NCBI RefSeq assembly: GCF_017348835.2
Contig: NZ_CP072313.1
Origin: Escherichia coli
GTDB lineage: Bacteria; Pseudomonadota; Gammaproteobacteria; Enterobacterales; Enterobacteriaceae
Length of the DNA stretch: 36,351 nucleotides
Strand: one strand, 5' to 3'
The notes beneath the pieces are model-generated. The model saw only the letters and a list, made by a program, of their open reading frames with translations. It was not told the origin of the DNA and did not search any database. A program made the position numbers and the translations under genes. Shown piece after piece: positions 7,600 through 16,361 of the stretch. How positions within the stretch are numbered: the stretch's first letter is position 1; the number at the start of each line of letters is the position of its first letter.

Positions 7600-8148
7600 T
7601 ACAACATCCATTATTAAAAGCGATGTTGTTCCCGCCCTTTGGGCGGGGGCGGCGGCGCTTTTCAGTGATGGGTTGGGCGCTGTGGCTGAGTATTTGCAGC
7701 GTTTTTTGTAGGAGGGTTGGAGGGGCTTTGTTTTTCATCGGGCAGAAGTTCATATGCCCGCCGCGAAGCGGTGGGAGGTACTTTTATATTCTGAGCGGCG
7801 CGGCTTTAGCCGCTGCAAGCGAAGGCATTTTTGTGATTATCCACAGTTGTTTCAAAGATAAATATTTTCCCTGCGGCGAAGCAACGCTGGGGATTAAAGA
7901 ACAGGGGTTAAGAATATATTGCAGGTTTGATCTTCTATGTTTGCTGCTTTCTGAAGTTATTCGTTTGCGGTTTTTTGTGAATAACCGAAGGCGGTTTAGC
8001 TCCGATACCCGATTGTGGCCATCAAAAAACTGTCAGAGCGGGACAAAATGAAAAACGGTCGTCAAAAATGAGGAATTTCATGAAATGCAGGCAACACGAA
8101 AAGCCCCGAAGGGGCTGAAGAGAGTGCCGATTGTATCAGGCAGCTAAA
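7600..8148. other. candidate replication origin region downstream of repA
   Basis: consensus DnaA box TTATCCACA at 7837-7845; GC-rich then A/T-rich blocks; position matches IncFII-type plasmids where the origin lies 3' of repA. Confidence 0.4.
8097..8118 (-). terminator. rho-independent terminator after repA
   Basis: minus-strand RNA forms GCCCC-UUC-GGGGC followed by UUUU, about 30 nt after the repA stop. Confidence 0.5.
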
Positions 8149-9204
8149 CTAGTGGGGTGGAGAAGCTGTCAGGGCCAGTTCAAGCTGACGTAGATCCCTG
8201 GCTACCAGTTGCTCTAATCTTTCTTTAGTGCACCAGTACGCTTCGTCCGGCGACATACGCTTCAGAATAAACCGTGCAATTTCGTTTCGCTGTTCATCAT
8301 ACGGCAGTTTTGCAAGGCGATTGGCACGTTTGCGCTTTGCTGCTTTCTCTCGTCGGAACTTGATGGCATCGAGAGAACGCTGCGCATACCAGCGTTTACG
8401 AGCCGAGTGAACAGAGATTTCCTCGCCCTCGCGGATAACGCCTTCTTTAATCAGTTGCAGACGGATTTCACTTTCTGCAAGGCGCTTACGTTGCTGTTCC
8501 TGAAGTTTCACCAGATCAACTCCCAGCATTTTCCAGCCAGTTTCGGTGATCCAGACGTATTTCGGCAGTCGCTGGCGGGATTCACGGTCCCATATCGTCT
8601 TTTCTGACGTTCCCAACGTGCCAAAGGAAACCTGCTCTGCCAGCAGACGGGAAAGGCGCGATACTGTGACTGCGGTTTCAGGAATAACGTTTCCCTTACT
8701 GTCTTTTGGGCTTATTTCTTCTGCCAGGCGGGAGACAGACATGCCGACAGTGTGCAATCCACGATCACAAAAACTCACAAGTACAACCCATATTGCGTCA
8801 AGCAGCCGCTGTTTCTCCGGTCGGAATTTATATTTGCGACCGACACTCTGACGTTTCAGTACATAAAATGGATGCAACGACATATGCATTCTGAGTGTGT
8901 ACTGACCAGTGACCGGGTCTTTTTTAACGAGACGATTGTAAGCGTGGCCCAACTGTCCGCCCAGCGCCTTATAGCTGTCGGGACGGAACCAGGCTGGATT
9001 CTCACACTTTGGCTTAGTGGAATGTTCACCACGGCGGCGCTTCGTGCTCCGTTTTTCCGGTTCAACCAGAAATGACGTGGCCCTGCCCGATTCGTAATCC
9101 TCCCAGAAAAGGATTTGCTCTTCGGGAGACAGTTCACTCCAGTGTAATGAAGGCCTGTTCAGGGAAGCCATAAGCAATCGCTTATGGCAGAGCTTGATTC
9201 GCAC
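8149..9204 (-). CDS. repA: plasmid replication initiator RepA (IncFII/IncI-complex RepA family)
   Basis: overall resemblance to RepA1/RepZ-type initiators; GTG start at 9204, alternative ATG at 9171; terminator and DnaA box downstream, antisense-RNA-like hairpin upstream. Confidence 0.7.
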   Translation of the reverse strand: MRIKLCHKRLLMASLNRPSLHWSELSPEEQILFWEDYESGRATSFLVEPEKRSTKRRRGEHSTKPKCENPAWFRPDSYKALGGQLGHAYNRLVKKDPVTGQYTLRMHMSLHPFYVLKRQSVGRKYKFRPEKQRLLDAIWVVLVSFCDRGLHTVGMSVSRLAEEISPKDSKGNVIPETAVTVSRLSRLLAEQVSFGTLGTSEKTIWDRESRQRLPKYVWITETGWKMLGVDLVKLQEQQRKRLAESEIRLQLIKEGVIREGEEISVHSARKRWYAQRSLDAIKFRREKAAKRKRANRLAKLPYDEQRNEIARFILKRMSPDEAYWCTKERLEQLVARDLRQLELALTASPPH

Positions 9205-9264
9205 AGTGCATTTTTACACCGGACGATATTGAATAATGAGGAAAGCATCATGTATACTGTCTTC

Positions 9265-9346
9265 CAAGGGATTTCCCCTGCCCCCATTAAACTTTGATCG
9301 GCCTCTGCCAAGAAACGGATGCAAAGTTAATGGGGGTTTGTTTTTT
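9265..9346 (+). ncRNA. candidate antisense copy-control RNA (CopA/Inc-RNA-like) in the repA leader
   Basis: plus-strand promoter -35 TTGAAT (9229-9234), 18-bp spacer, -10 TATACT (9253-9258); 15-bp stem (9281-9296 with 9322-9336) followed by T-run 9337-9346. Confidence 0.45.
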
Positions 9347-10061
9347 ATGGCTTCATGGAATCTTTCAACTCCTGCCATACACCTGAATGCCTTATGGCGC
9401 ATCCTACCTTTATCCCCTATGACGGGGACCAAATTTCTCAAATTTAAGCGAAGATCAAAAAGGATCAACACCGAATGCCGCTTAATATACCTGTAGCCCT
9501 CCGATTTGAAAAGTGTTTGTCGTGACGCTCATTCCACCAATCTCGCCAAATCAGCACATCCGGCACTGCCGATGAAACAATCAAAAAGTATTTTTTTTCG
9601 CCACTTCTTTAATTTTTAGAATATTAGATCGTGAATGATCTATTCAACGATCTATCATACCAATATAAAAGCTGATTTTAGAATTTTATACTTTTTATTT
9701 TGATTTATGCGGGATAATAGATCGCCTAAACCACCTTGAACGATCTATTGTACTGGTTTAAAGTCTCCATGTTGAAGTTTTCCGCTATCAGCAGAACGCC
9801 CGAACAAGGCGTTATTCGTACGCTCTTTAACACCCCTGGACAGCGGTAATTGCCTGAAGCCCTGGCATGAGGAGGATTAATTGTGTGCAAAAAACAGCAC
9901 TTGCTGACAATGTTCAGTGTGGGCTACGTATAGAGTGACGTGCCGCGCCATCTGACAGGTAACGACTCATTTTTACAATTTTCAACATAGTTAATTCCCT
10001 TTATCAAACTCGATTCCCTGAAAGGGGGATTAACTGTGTACGAAAAGTACAGGAGATAATA

Positions 10062-10244
10062 ATGAGAGATGATAATTATCTTGATGGATTAATTGCCGGA
10101 GGTACTGTTGCAATTTCTTTTGCGGGACTGATTCTGTTAATCGTGAGTAATTTGAAAAACGAAGCTGAGACAGAAAAAACTGCATTTTATGAATGGGCCG
10201 ATTCACACTGTGAAAAAATTGAAAAACATTTTAAATGTTACTGA
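10062..10244 (+). CDS. small membrane protein (60 aa)
   Basis: AGGAGA Shine-Dalgarno 6 nt upstream; one hydrophobic helix (GLIAGGTVAISFAGLILLIV). Confidence 0.45.
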   Translation: MRDDNYLDGLIAGGTVAISFAGLILLIVSNLKNEAETEKTAFYEWADSHCEKIEKHFKCY

Positions 10245-10315
10245 AAATTCGAAAACATTTAAGTGTGATGACGGAAAAATTTACACAATAAAATGGTGAA
10301 ATAGATTAACATGTT

Positions 10316-10600
10316 ATGTCACAAGCAAAAGCAAACCTGAAGAAATTACGTCATCACTGTTATATTCCACCAAAACAAAAAATATCCAGACTGTATTATG
10401 TTGAAAAAGCCTTAAGTTCTCCCTGGATATATCGTGAACGGCCTGCATACAGAGCAGAGTTGCTACTTACACATGACACACTGCTTGTTATTTATGGCCT
10501 GGCAAAATCCGGCCTGATTGACCGTTCTGAGGAATCACTCAACAGAGAAATCAAAGGGGTCCGAAAAGCGCTCGCAGCCGGACGTTTCCGTTGGTCGTGA
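10316..10600 (+). CDS. hypothetical protein (94 aa) upstream of the T4SS
   Basis: ORF in the track; stop codon immediately followed by element B1. Confidence 0.45.
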   Translation: MSQAKANLKKLRHHCYIPPKQKISRLYYVEKALSSPWIYRERPAYRAELLLTHDTLLVIYGLAKSGLIDRSEESLNREIKGVRKALAAGRFRWS

Positions 10601-10799
10601 GATGCCGCGCCAGCGGCATGTAAGGCGGCACTCTGTACTTAAATATGGCTTTGCGGGTTATCCGCCGAAGCCCCGCGCCAGCGGGTACTGTCTTCTATAT
10701 TCTCTGGAACTGCGCTCGCGCCCCCTGCTAAGCCCAAAACGCACGGAACCAACAGCTACACGGTTGTTTCTGGTCGAAGACCGACACTGCTGAAGCGAT
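10601..10799 (+). repeat. type-B structured element copy 1
   Basis: hairpin ATGCCGC-GCCA-GCGGCAT, then TAAGGCGG, CCGCCGAAGCC, CTGCTAAGCC, TTGTTTCTGGTCGAAGA; starts at the stop codon of the upstream gene. Confidence 0.8.
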
Positions 10800-11163
10800 A
10801 TTATTCGAAAGTTATCCTACTGCGCAATGCCCCTGTTTTATTTGAGGAAAATGGCATGAAGCATAAAAATTTTATTCCGAAATGGTATGATTCAACTCTT
10901 GAGTCAATTTCCCATCAAGATGTTAACACGATTCACAGTATCATTGATGAACACCACAAATTATGGAATATCCAGATGTGCAACAGGAACTATTTAACAG
11001 ACTGTTATCCGGTAAAAAACTGACGATTCATGATGAGCGAGAAATAATTGATATCTGCTCACGAAGGAGCGCAACATATCATTTAACCAGAAGTAATATC
11101 CCTAAGTAATCTGACGCTGCCAATAATCCGTTAAATTAAACTTTCATCGTTACCTGTCAAAAA

Positions 11164-11769
11164 ATGTCTATATCCGCAACTGTGCTTATGACACTGATCA
11201 GTCAGTGCGCACCTGGTGTTTCTCCTGAAACCATGCGTGCCATTATTATGACTGAATCCGGTGGGAATCCCTACGCTATAGCAAATGTCACCGACGGTGG
11301 CAGTAAATATTTTACCACTGAAGAGGAGGCTGTTAATCACGCAAAAAAACTGACTACAGATAAAAAAAATTTCAGTGCTGGCCTAGGGCAGATAAACAGC
11401 CGTAACTTCCAGACTTTAAATTTAACTCATGAATCCGTTTTTTCTCCCTGTGCGAATATTCGCGCTGCTGCGGCAGTGCTGAAAACGTGCTGGGATAAAT
11501 ACGAAACAAAAGGGGGGGACCAACAAAAGATACTACGTGACGCTATGAGTTGTTATTACTCCGGTAATAACAAACGGGGTTATGTGAAGGAAAGCAATGG
11601 CAAAAGTTATATCGATATAATTGAGGAAAAAGCCGGAATACATACTCATTATGATATTCCGGCAATAAAGTCATATTCAGAAACATCCAGCCATTTAATG
11701 GTATCCAGTGATAACCATGATAAATGGGATGTTTTTGGTGATTTCGGAATACAGGATTTTAAGGAGTAA
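11164..11769 (+). CDS. virB1: VirB1-like lytic transglycosylase
   Basis: lysozyme-like catalytic motif region (IMTESGGNPYA); first gene of the virB-type cluster. Confidence 0.85.
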   Translation: MSISATVLMTLISQCAPGVSPETMRAIIMTESGGNPYAIANVTDGGSKYFTTEEEAVNHAKKLTTDKKNFSAGLGQINSRNFQTLNLTHESVFSPCANIRAAAAVLKTCWDKYETKGGDQQKILRDAMSCYYSGNNKRGYVKESNGKSYIDIIEEKAGIHTHYDIPAIKSYSETSSHLMVSSDNHDKWDVFGDFGIQDFKE

Positions 11770-11850
11770 CACACAGCCATTAATTTAATTATTCCTACCA
11801 TCTTTAACTACAATCTAATTAATGTTATCTAATTATGTATGGAGATAATC

Positions 11851-12156
11851 GTGAATAAATCCATTGCATTATACAGAACGTTCTTTTTATTTTTACTTTG
11901 TAGCTTTATTGCTACAAATCCGGCTCTGGCAGCGGGTGTTGGTGGGCTTGATAAAGGCACAAACTTCATCGGTGAACTGCGCCTCTGGGCGTATGGTTTT
12001 GTTGGTGGTGTGGCCCTTTTACACATTCTCTGGAAAGTATTCCAGGCATACACGGAAATGGACTCCTGGGCTGGCGTTCTCAAATCACTGATGTATGCCG
12101 CAATTGCCGGTGGTTGTGTGGTAGCTGCTGAAGCCTGCTACCAGATTTTCAAATAA
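11851..12156 (+). CDS. virB2: VirB2-like pilin (start taken at GTG 11851; the ORF track extends to 11839)
   Basis: small hydrophobic protein with signal-like N-terminus and two hydrophobic segments; GGAG 7 nt before the GTG. Confidence 0.8.
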   Translation: MNKSIALYRTFFLFLLCSFIATNPALAAGVGGLDKGTNFIGELRLWAYGFVGGVALLHILWKVFQAYTEMDSWAGVLKSLMYAAIAGGCVVAAEACYQIFK

Positions 12157-12210
12157 TTACCTAATCACCGGAATACATGATGTATTCCGGTTCATCATGA
12201 GGATCAAAAG

Positions 12211-12534
12211 TTGGATAAAGAAGAAATTAAAGCAGCCGAAGAGCTTAAGGCAATCTTTCTTACCTACAATGGCCTGAATCGTCCTGCAATGATCAAAGGT
12301 ATGCCCATCATTCCTTTTATTCTGTGTCTGCTGGCTCTCATGGTTTCTTTTTTTGTTGGCATACTGACTATTGATTTTTACGGGCTTATTATTCCCTCCA
12401 TTATTATCGGCGTAATGATCGCCATCAAACAAATGTGTGCCGATGACCCGAACGCCATGTCTGCCAGGGCACTAAAATTTAAAGGTCTGTGCCTTAAGGG
12501 ATTTCGTTCGAATAACGTTCTGAAGGTTGAATAA
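12211..12534 (+). CDS. virB3: VirB3-like inner-membrane protein (TTG start)
   Basis: LNRPAMIKGMP motif typical of VirB3; overlaps the virB4 start; GAGGA 7 nt upstream. Confidence 0.8.
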   Translation: MDKEEIKAAEELKAIFLTYNGLNRPAMIKGMPIIPFILCLLALMVSFFVGILTIDFYGLIIPSIIIGVMIAIKQMCADDPNAMSARALKFKGLCLKGFRSNNVLKVE

Positions 12535-14965
12535 TATGTCGATAAAGAAAATAACTAATAATTTCATTCCTCCTTATCACTCACATATTCATGAAAATAT
12601 CATCTGGCTTGAAGATAAAAAACTACTGCTCACTTTTCTTATTGAAGGCATTCCCTATGAAAGCCTGACAGATGATATGATTCTGAACAACTTTAACGGA
12701 CAAAAAGAAACACTTCTTGGACTCTGTAAAAGTGAAAGAGTTTTTCTGTGGAAACATCTTGTAAAACGCGAATCACCTATGGATGCCAGATATAAATTTC
12801 CTGGCAATCCTTTTCTTCAGCGCTTAGGTGATTTCTACTGTGATACTTTTAACGGAGAAAGATCATTCAGAACAGATTATTTTCTCACAATAGGCATTCC
12901 TTATGATGATATCGATGCTGGCGAAAAAAAAGCTAAAGATATCATCCGGCAGATTGAAACAGGTTTTAAAGACTACAATATTTATACGCTTGGGATCAGT
13001 GACGGCGGTATTTCCGATATTTGTTCAAACTATCTGAATTATTTACTCAATCATGATTTTGAGAAAATACCGTTATCTGCAACGAAGATTTCAGAGAGTA
13101 TTAAGAACAGCAAATTCTATTTCAGCTTTGATACTCTTGAAATAAAAAATCGCACAGGACACGATAATAAATTTTGTTCCAATTATATCGTAAAAGATGT
13201 ACCCCGAGGCTCGCAGATTGGTCAGTGGAATTTTCTGTTATCCCTGCCATTTGAGTTTATCCTGACGCAATCCTTTATTCCCGATTCGCTATCAAAATCC
13301 AGCAAGAAAATTGAGCAACAGCTTAACAAACTCACTTCCGTAAAGGACGCTGGTAAGACGCAACACACCGAACTCCATATGGCCCAGGAAGCTATCATCA
13401 ACCAGGAAACCGTTTTTGGCTCCTGGCACAGCGTCCTTTCCGTCTTCGGAAACACACCTGATGAAGCCAGTGATAACGGTTCTGAAGTCGCGGCGGAATT
13501 TGTCACCAGTGGGCGGGGATTTCGTTTTGTTCGTGCAGCGTCTGAAGCACCTTATGCATGGTTCAGTCATCTGCCAGCCTCAAAACTGCGCCCCCTTGCC
13601 ACACAACGCACGCTCACTAATGTCTGCTGCCTGATGCCGCTTCATAATCACAGCTATGGCAAAAAATCAGGAAATCCAATTGGTGATGGCTCTGCCATAA
13701 TGCCGCTGAAAACCGTCACTGATGGTCTTTACTGGTTCAACACTCACTACAGCGCACCAGGGCGTAATGTAACAGGACAGATGATCGCGGGGCACGGAAT
13801 GCTGCTGGGTGCGACTGGTGCGGGAAAAACCACGTTTGAAATGATGGCCGCCGCGTTTATCCAGCGTTTTAACCCAGATATGTTCGTGATTGACTTCAAC
13901 CGCTCTACCGAACTGGCAATCAGAATGTTCGGTGGTCAGTATTTCTCTCTGTCTGAGGGTGTGTATTCCGGCCTGAACCCCTTCCAGATCGGAGACAATG
14001 ACGATCCTGAACTGATGGCATTCCTGAAAGAGTGGGTCAAACGTTGTGCTGTTAATAACGATGGCAGCGACTGTAGCGACAGTGAGGCTGAAGAGATTGA
14101 CCGCGCCGTTGAAATGGTGATGAAACTTGAACGTCGCCAGCGACGTTTCGCTCGTCTGCAATCCCGTATACAAAGCCCCGAACTGAACGTCCGTCTGTCT
14201 AAATGGTGGGATAATGGCGCTCTTGCCTGGGCTACTGACAGCGAAGAAAATAAATTCGATCCCAATCAATACAGCAAAATCGGTTTTGACACGACTGTAA
14301 TCCTGGAAACAGTTAATCAACGAGATCATCCTGCGTGTGAAGTCATTCTTTCTGTTCTGTTTTTCTACAAAAAACGAATGCAGAAAGGCGGTAAGCTCAT
14401 GCTCTCCATCGTTGAAGAGTTCTGGAAACCCTGTAACTACCCAATGACACAGGCTTTAATCAAGGCTTCGCTCAAGGCTGGTCGTATGAAGGGGGAAATG
14501 ATGTGGCTCACCAGTCAGTCACCGGAAGACGCGATTAACTGTCAAATTTTCGCGGCTCTCGTTCAGCAGACACCGACAAAAATCCTGCTCCCTAACCCTG
14601 ATGCCAAATACAGCGGCTATAAAGAGATTGGGCTGACAGAAAAAGAATTTCGCCAGCTTAAAAAGCTGAAACTCGAAAGCCGAACAATGCTGATTAAGCA
14701 AAGTGGCTCAAGTGTCTTTGCCAAAATGGACCTGGTGGGATTTGACGATTTTCTGCCTGTTATTTCCTGCTCAATGAAAGGGATTAAATTGTGCGAAAAA
14801 ATCAGGGAGGAAATAGGCTCTGACGATCCTGAACTCTGGTATCCCCCGTTTATCGAGGGGATTTATCAGATAGATGACGTTATACGGGAAGCTAACAGCG
14901 ATATCCCTGAAGTCTGGCTGCCCTTCATGATGAAACGGCTCAAAGACAAATTGCCGGAAAAATAA
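12527..14965 (+). CDS. virB4: VirB4 ATPase
   Basis: 812 aa; Walker A GATGAGKTT; conserved position after virB3. Confidence 0.9.
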   Translation: MNNMSIKKITNNFIPPYHSHIHENIIWLEDKKLLLTFLIEGIPYESLTDDMILNNFNGQKETLLGLCKSERVFLWKHLVKRESPMDARYKFPGNPFLQRLGDFYCDTFNGERSFRTDYFLTIGIPYDDIDAGEKKAKDIIRQIETGFKDYNIYTLGISDGGISDICSNYLNYLLNHDFEKIPLSATKISESIKNSKFYFSFDTLEIKNRTGHDNKFCSNYIVKDVPRGSQIGQWNFLLSLPFEFILTQSFIPDSLSKSSKKIEQQLNKLTSVKDAGKTQHTELHMAQEAIINQETVFGSWHSVLSVFGNTPDEASDNGSEVAAEFVTSGRGFRFVRAASEAPYAWFSHLPASKLRPLATQRTLTNVCCLMPLHNHSYGKKSGNPIGDGSAIMPLKTVTDGLYWFNTHYSAPGRNVTGQMIAGHGMLLGATGAGKTTFEMMAAAFIQRFNPDMFVIDFNRSTELAIRMFGGQYFSLSEGVYSGLNPFQIGDNDDPELMAFLKEWVKRCAVNNDGSDCSDSEAEEIDRAVEMVMKLERRQRRFARLQSRIQSPELNVRLSKWWDNGALAWATDSEENKFDPNQYSKIGFDTTVILETVNQRDHPACEVILSVLFFYKKRMQKGGKLMLSIVEEFWKPCNYPMTQALIKASLKAGRMKGEMMWLTSQSPEDAINCQIFAALVQQTPTKILLPNPDAKYSGYKEIGLTEKEFRQLKKLKLESRTMLIKQSGSSVFAKMDLVGFDDFLPVISCSMKGIKLCEKIREEIGSDDPELWYPPFIEGIYQIDDVIREANSDIPEVWLPFMMKRLKDKLPEK

Positions 14966-14974
14966 CTGTCTCTG

Positions 14975-15175
14975 TAGCATGCCGCACAAGCGGCATGTAA
15001 GGCGGCACTCTGTACTTTAATATGGCTTTGCGGGTTATCCGCCGAAGCCCCGCGCCAGCGGGTACTGTCTTCTATATTCTCTGGAACTGCGCTCGCGCCC
15101 CCTGCTAAGCCAAAACCGCACGAAACCAACAGCCACGCGGCTGTTTCTGGTCGAAGACTGACAATCTTAAAGCGA
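14975..15175 (+). repeat. type-B structured element copy 2
   Basis: hairpin ATGCCGC-ACAA-GCGGCAT and downstream conserved blocks; sits between virB4 and virB5. Confidence 0.8.
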
Positions 15176-15187
15176 GAGGAAAATTCA

Positions 15188-15856
15188 ATGAAAAAGACTC
15201 TGACAGCCCTGTTTCTGGGTGCCACCCTGACCGGATACAGTTCTGTGGCAAGTTCTGTAGGCGGTGTCATCGTTAAAGACCCTGGCAGCATAGCTAAAAC
15301 CGTCGAAGTAATTAAGAAGGCTGCCGATCAGATTGCTGAACTGAAAAAACAGGTTGATCTGGCAACCAGCCAGCTTGAAGCCTATAAGCAGGAAGTGCTG
15401 GATACCAAAAGACGACTGGAAGGTATAACCGATTATTCCGCCATTTTTGGCAGTGCTGAATCCTACATGAAAGACTTCTGGGAAGATATGAAGAAGGAAC
15501 TTACCGATGCTGATATTCGCAGTATGGCAACTAAATACGGCTTTGATACAAAAGAGTACGACCGGATCAAACGCCAGTACGAATCAAAGTTTGAGGAAAT
15601 CACGAAATACGAAGCGATGAGTAAGGACCTGGAGAAAAGCGCAGAAAAGATAAAGGCAACTCAAAAGGCTTTCAGTAAAGCCGATACGCCACAAAAACGC
15701 GAAGAGCTTCAGAATAACATTCTTCTCGAAACTGCCGCCATGCAGTTAAAAATTGCACAGAATGAGGCAGAAATCAATCGTATGGCCCGTGAACGTAAAT
15801 TACGTGAGGAAGCGGCACTGATAAAATATACAGAAGATAACTTTTCCTTTAACTGA
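15188..15856 (+). CDS. virB5: VirB5-like minor pilus component
   Basis: signal peptide followed by a coiled-coil-rich 220-aa protein in the VirB5 position. Confidence 0.8.
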   Translation: MKKTLTALFLGATLTGYSSVASSVGGVIVKDPGSIAKTVEVIKKAADQIAELKKQVDLATSQLEAYKQEVLDTKRRLEGITDYSAIFGSAESYMKDFWEDMKKELTDADIRSMATKYGFDTKEYDRIKRQYESKFEEITKYEAMSKDLEKSAEKIKATQKAFSKADTPQKREELQNNILLETAAMQLKIAQNEAEINRMARERKLREEAALIKYTEDNFSFN

Positions 15857-15948
15857 TAAGAAAGTCACAAATTCTCTCCTAATACATACACTTTTCCTGT
15901 ACTATTTGATAGCATATTTAATTAATATATGCTATCAGGAGGTAACTT

Positions 15949-16296
15949 ATGTTCAAAAAACTACTTGGCGGTTTTATCCTTGCCTTTGCTTTTTTATTAT
16001 CCGGTTGCGGTGGTGATAATGGTGAATTAGCCGGGACATATATAGAAAAAAATCCTGACTCTGGTGATGCACCTCAAAAATGGATTATCAAATACGACAA
16101 AAAGGATAATTACTACACTCAAATATGGATAGAAAAAGATAAGAAAGGTAATGAGCATAACGGAACAACCAACTCATTCCTTATTAGAGATGGAGACTGG
16201 CTTGCAGGAAAAGAAAAACATTTTATTCGAGTGATTGATAAAAACACGCTTCAGTTAAGAGATGATGAGAACGCTTTGTATATCCGTACAAACTGA
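15949..16296 (+). CDS. lipoprotein, probable entry-exclusion protein (Eex-like)
   Basis: lipobox LLSGC; location between virB5 and virB6 as in IncN/IncX-type clusters. Confidence 0.6.
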   Translation: MFKKLLGGFILAFAFLLSGCGGDNGELAGTYIEKNPDSGDAPQKWIIKYDKKDNYYTQIWIEKDKKGNEHNGTTNSFLIRDGDWLAGKEKHFIRVIDKNTLQLRDDENALYIRTN

Positions 16297-16316
16297 ATGC
16301 TCTCTGATTAACCCAC

Positions 16317-16350
16317 AACGCCTGTCCCTGTGACGGGCGTTTTCTTTTGC
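16317..16350 (+). terminator. intrinsic terminator or attenuator between the lipoprotein gene and virB6
   Basis: 10-bp stem (AACGCCTGTC / GACGGGCGTT) followed by TTCTTTTGC. Confidence 0.4.
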
Positions 16351-16361
16351 AGGTAATAACG

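Noticed and set aside
7623-8051. 142-aa ORF in the region downstream of repA
   Set aside because: Low-complexity translation of a GC-rich and then A/T-rich noncoding region with no ribosome-binding site; more consistent with origin DNA.
9214-9471. 85-aa ORF upstream of repA as a CopB-like repressor
   Set aside because: It ends 10 nt before the repA start and overlaps the antisense-RNA hairpin; a CopB gene would be a separate upstream gene. A short leader peptide using an internal start is more likely, so it is not called as an independent CDS.
13667-14329. Long antisense ORFs inside virB4 and virB10 (for example 13667-14329 and 19687-20271, minus strand)
   Set aside because: They are embedded opposite well-supported T4SS genes and have Ser/Arg/Cys-rich compositions typical of antisense frames.
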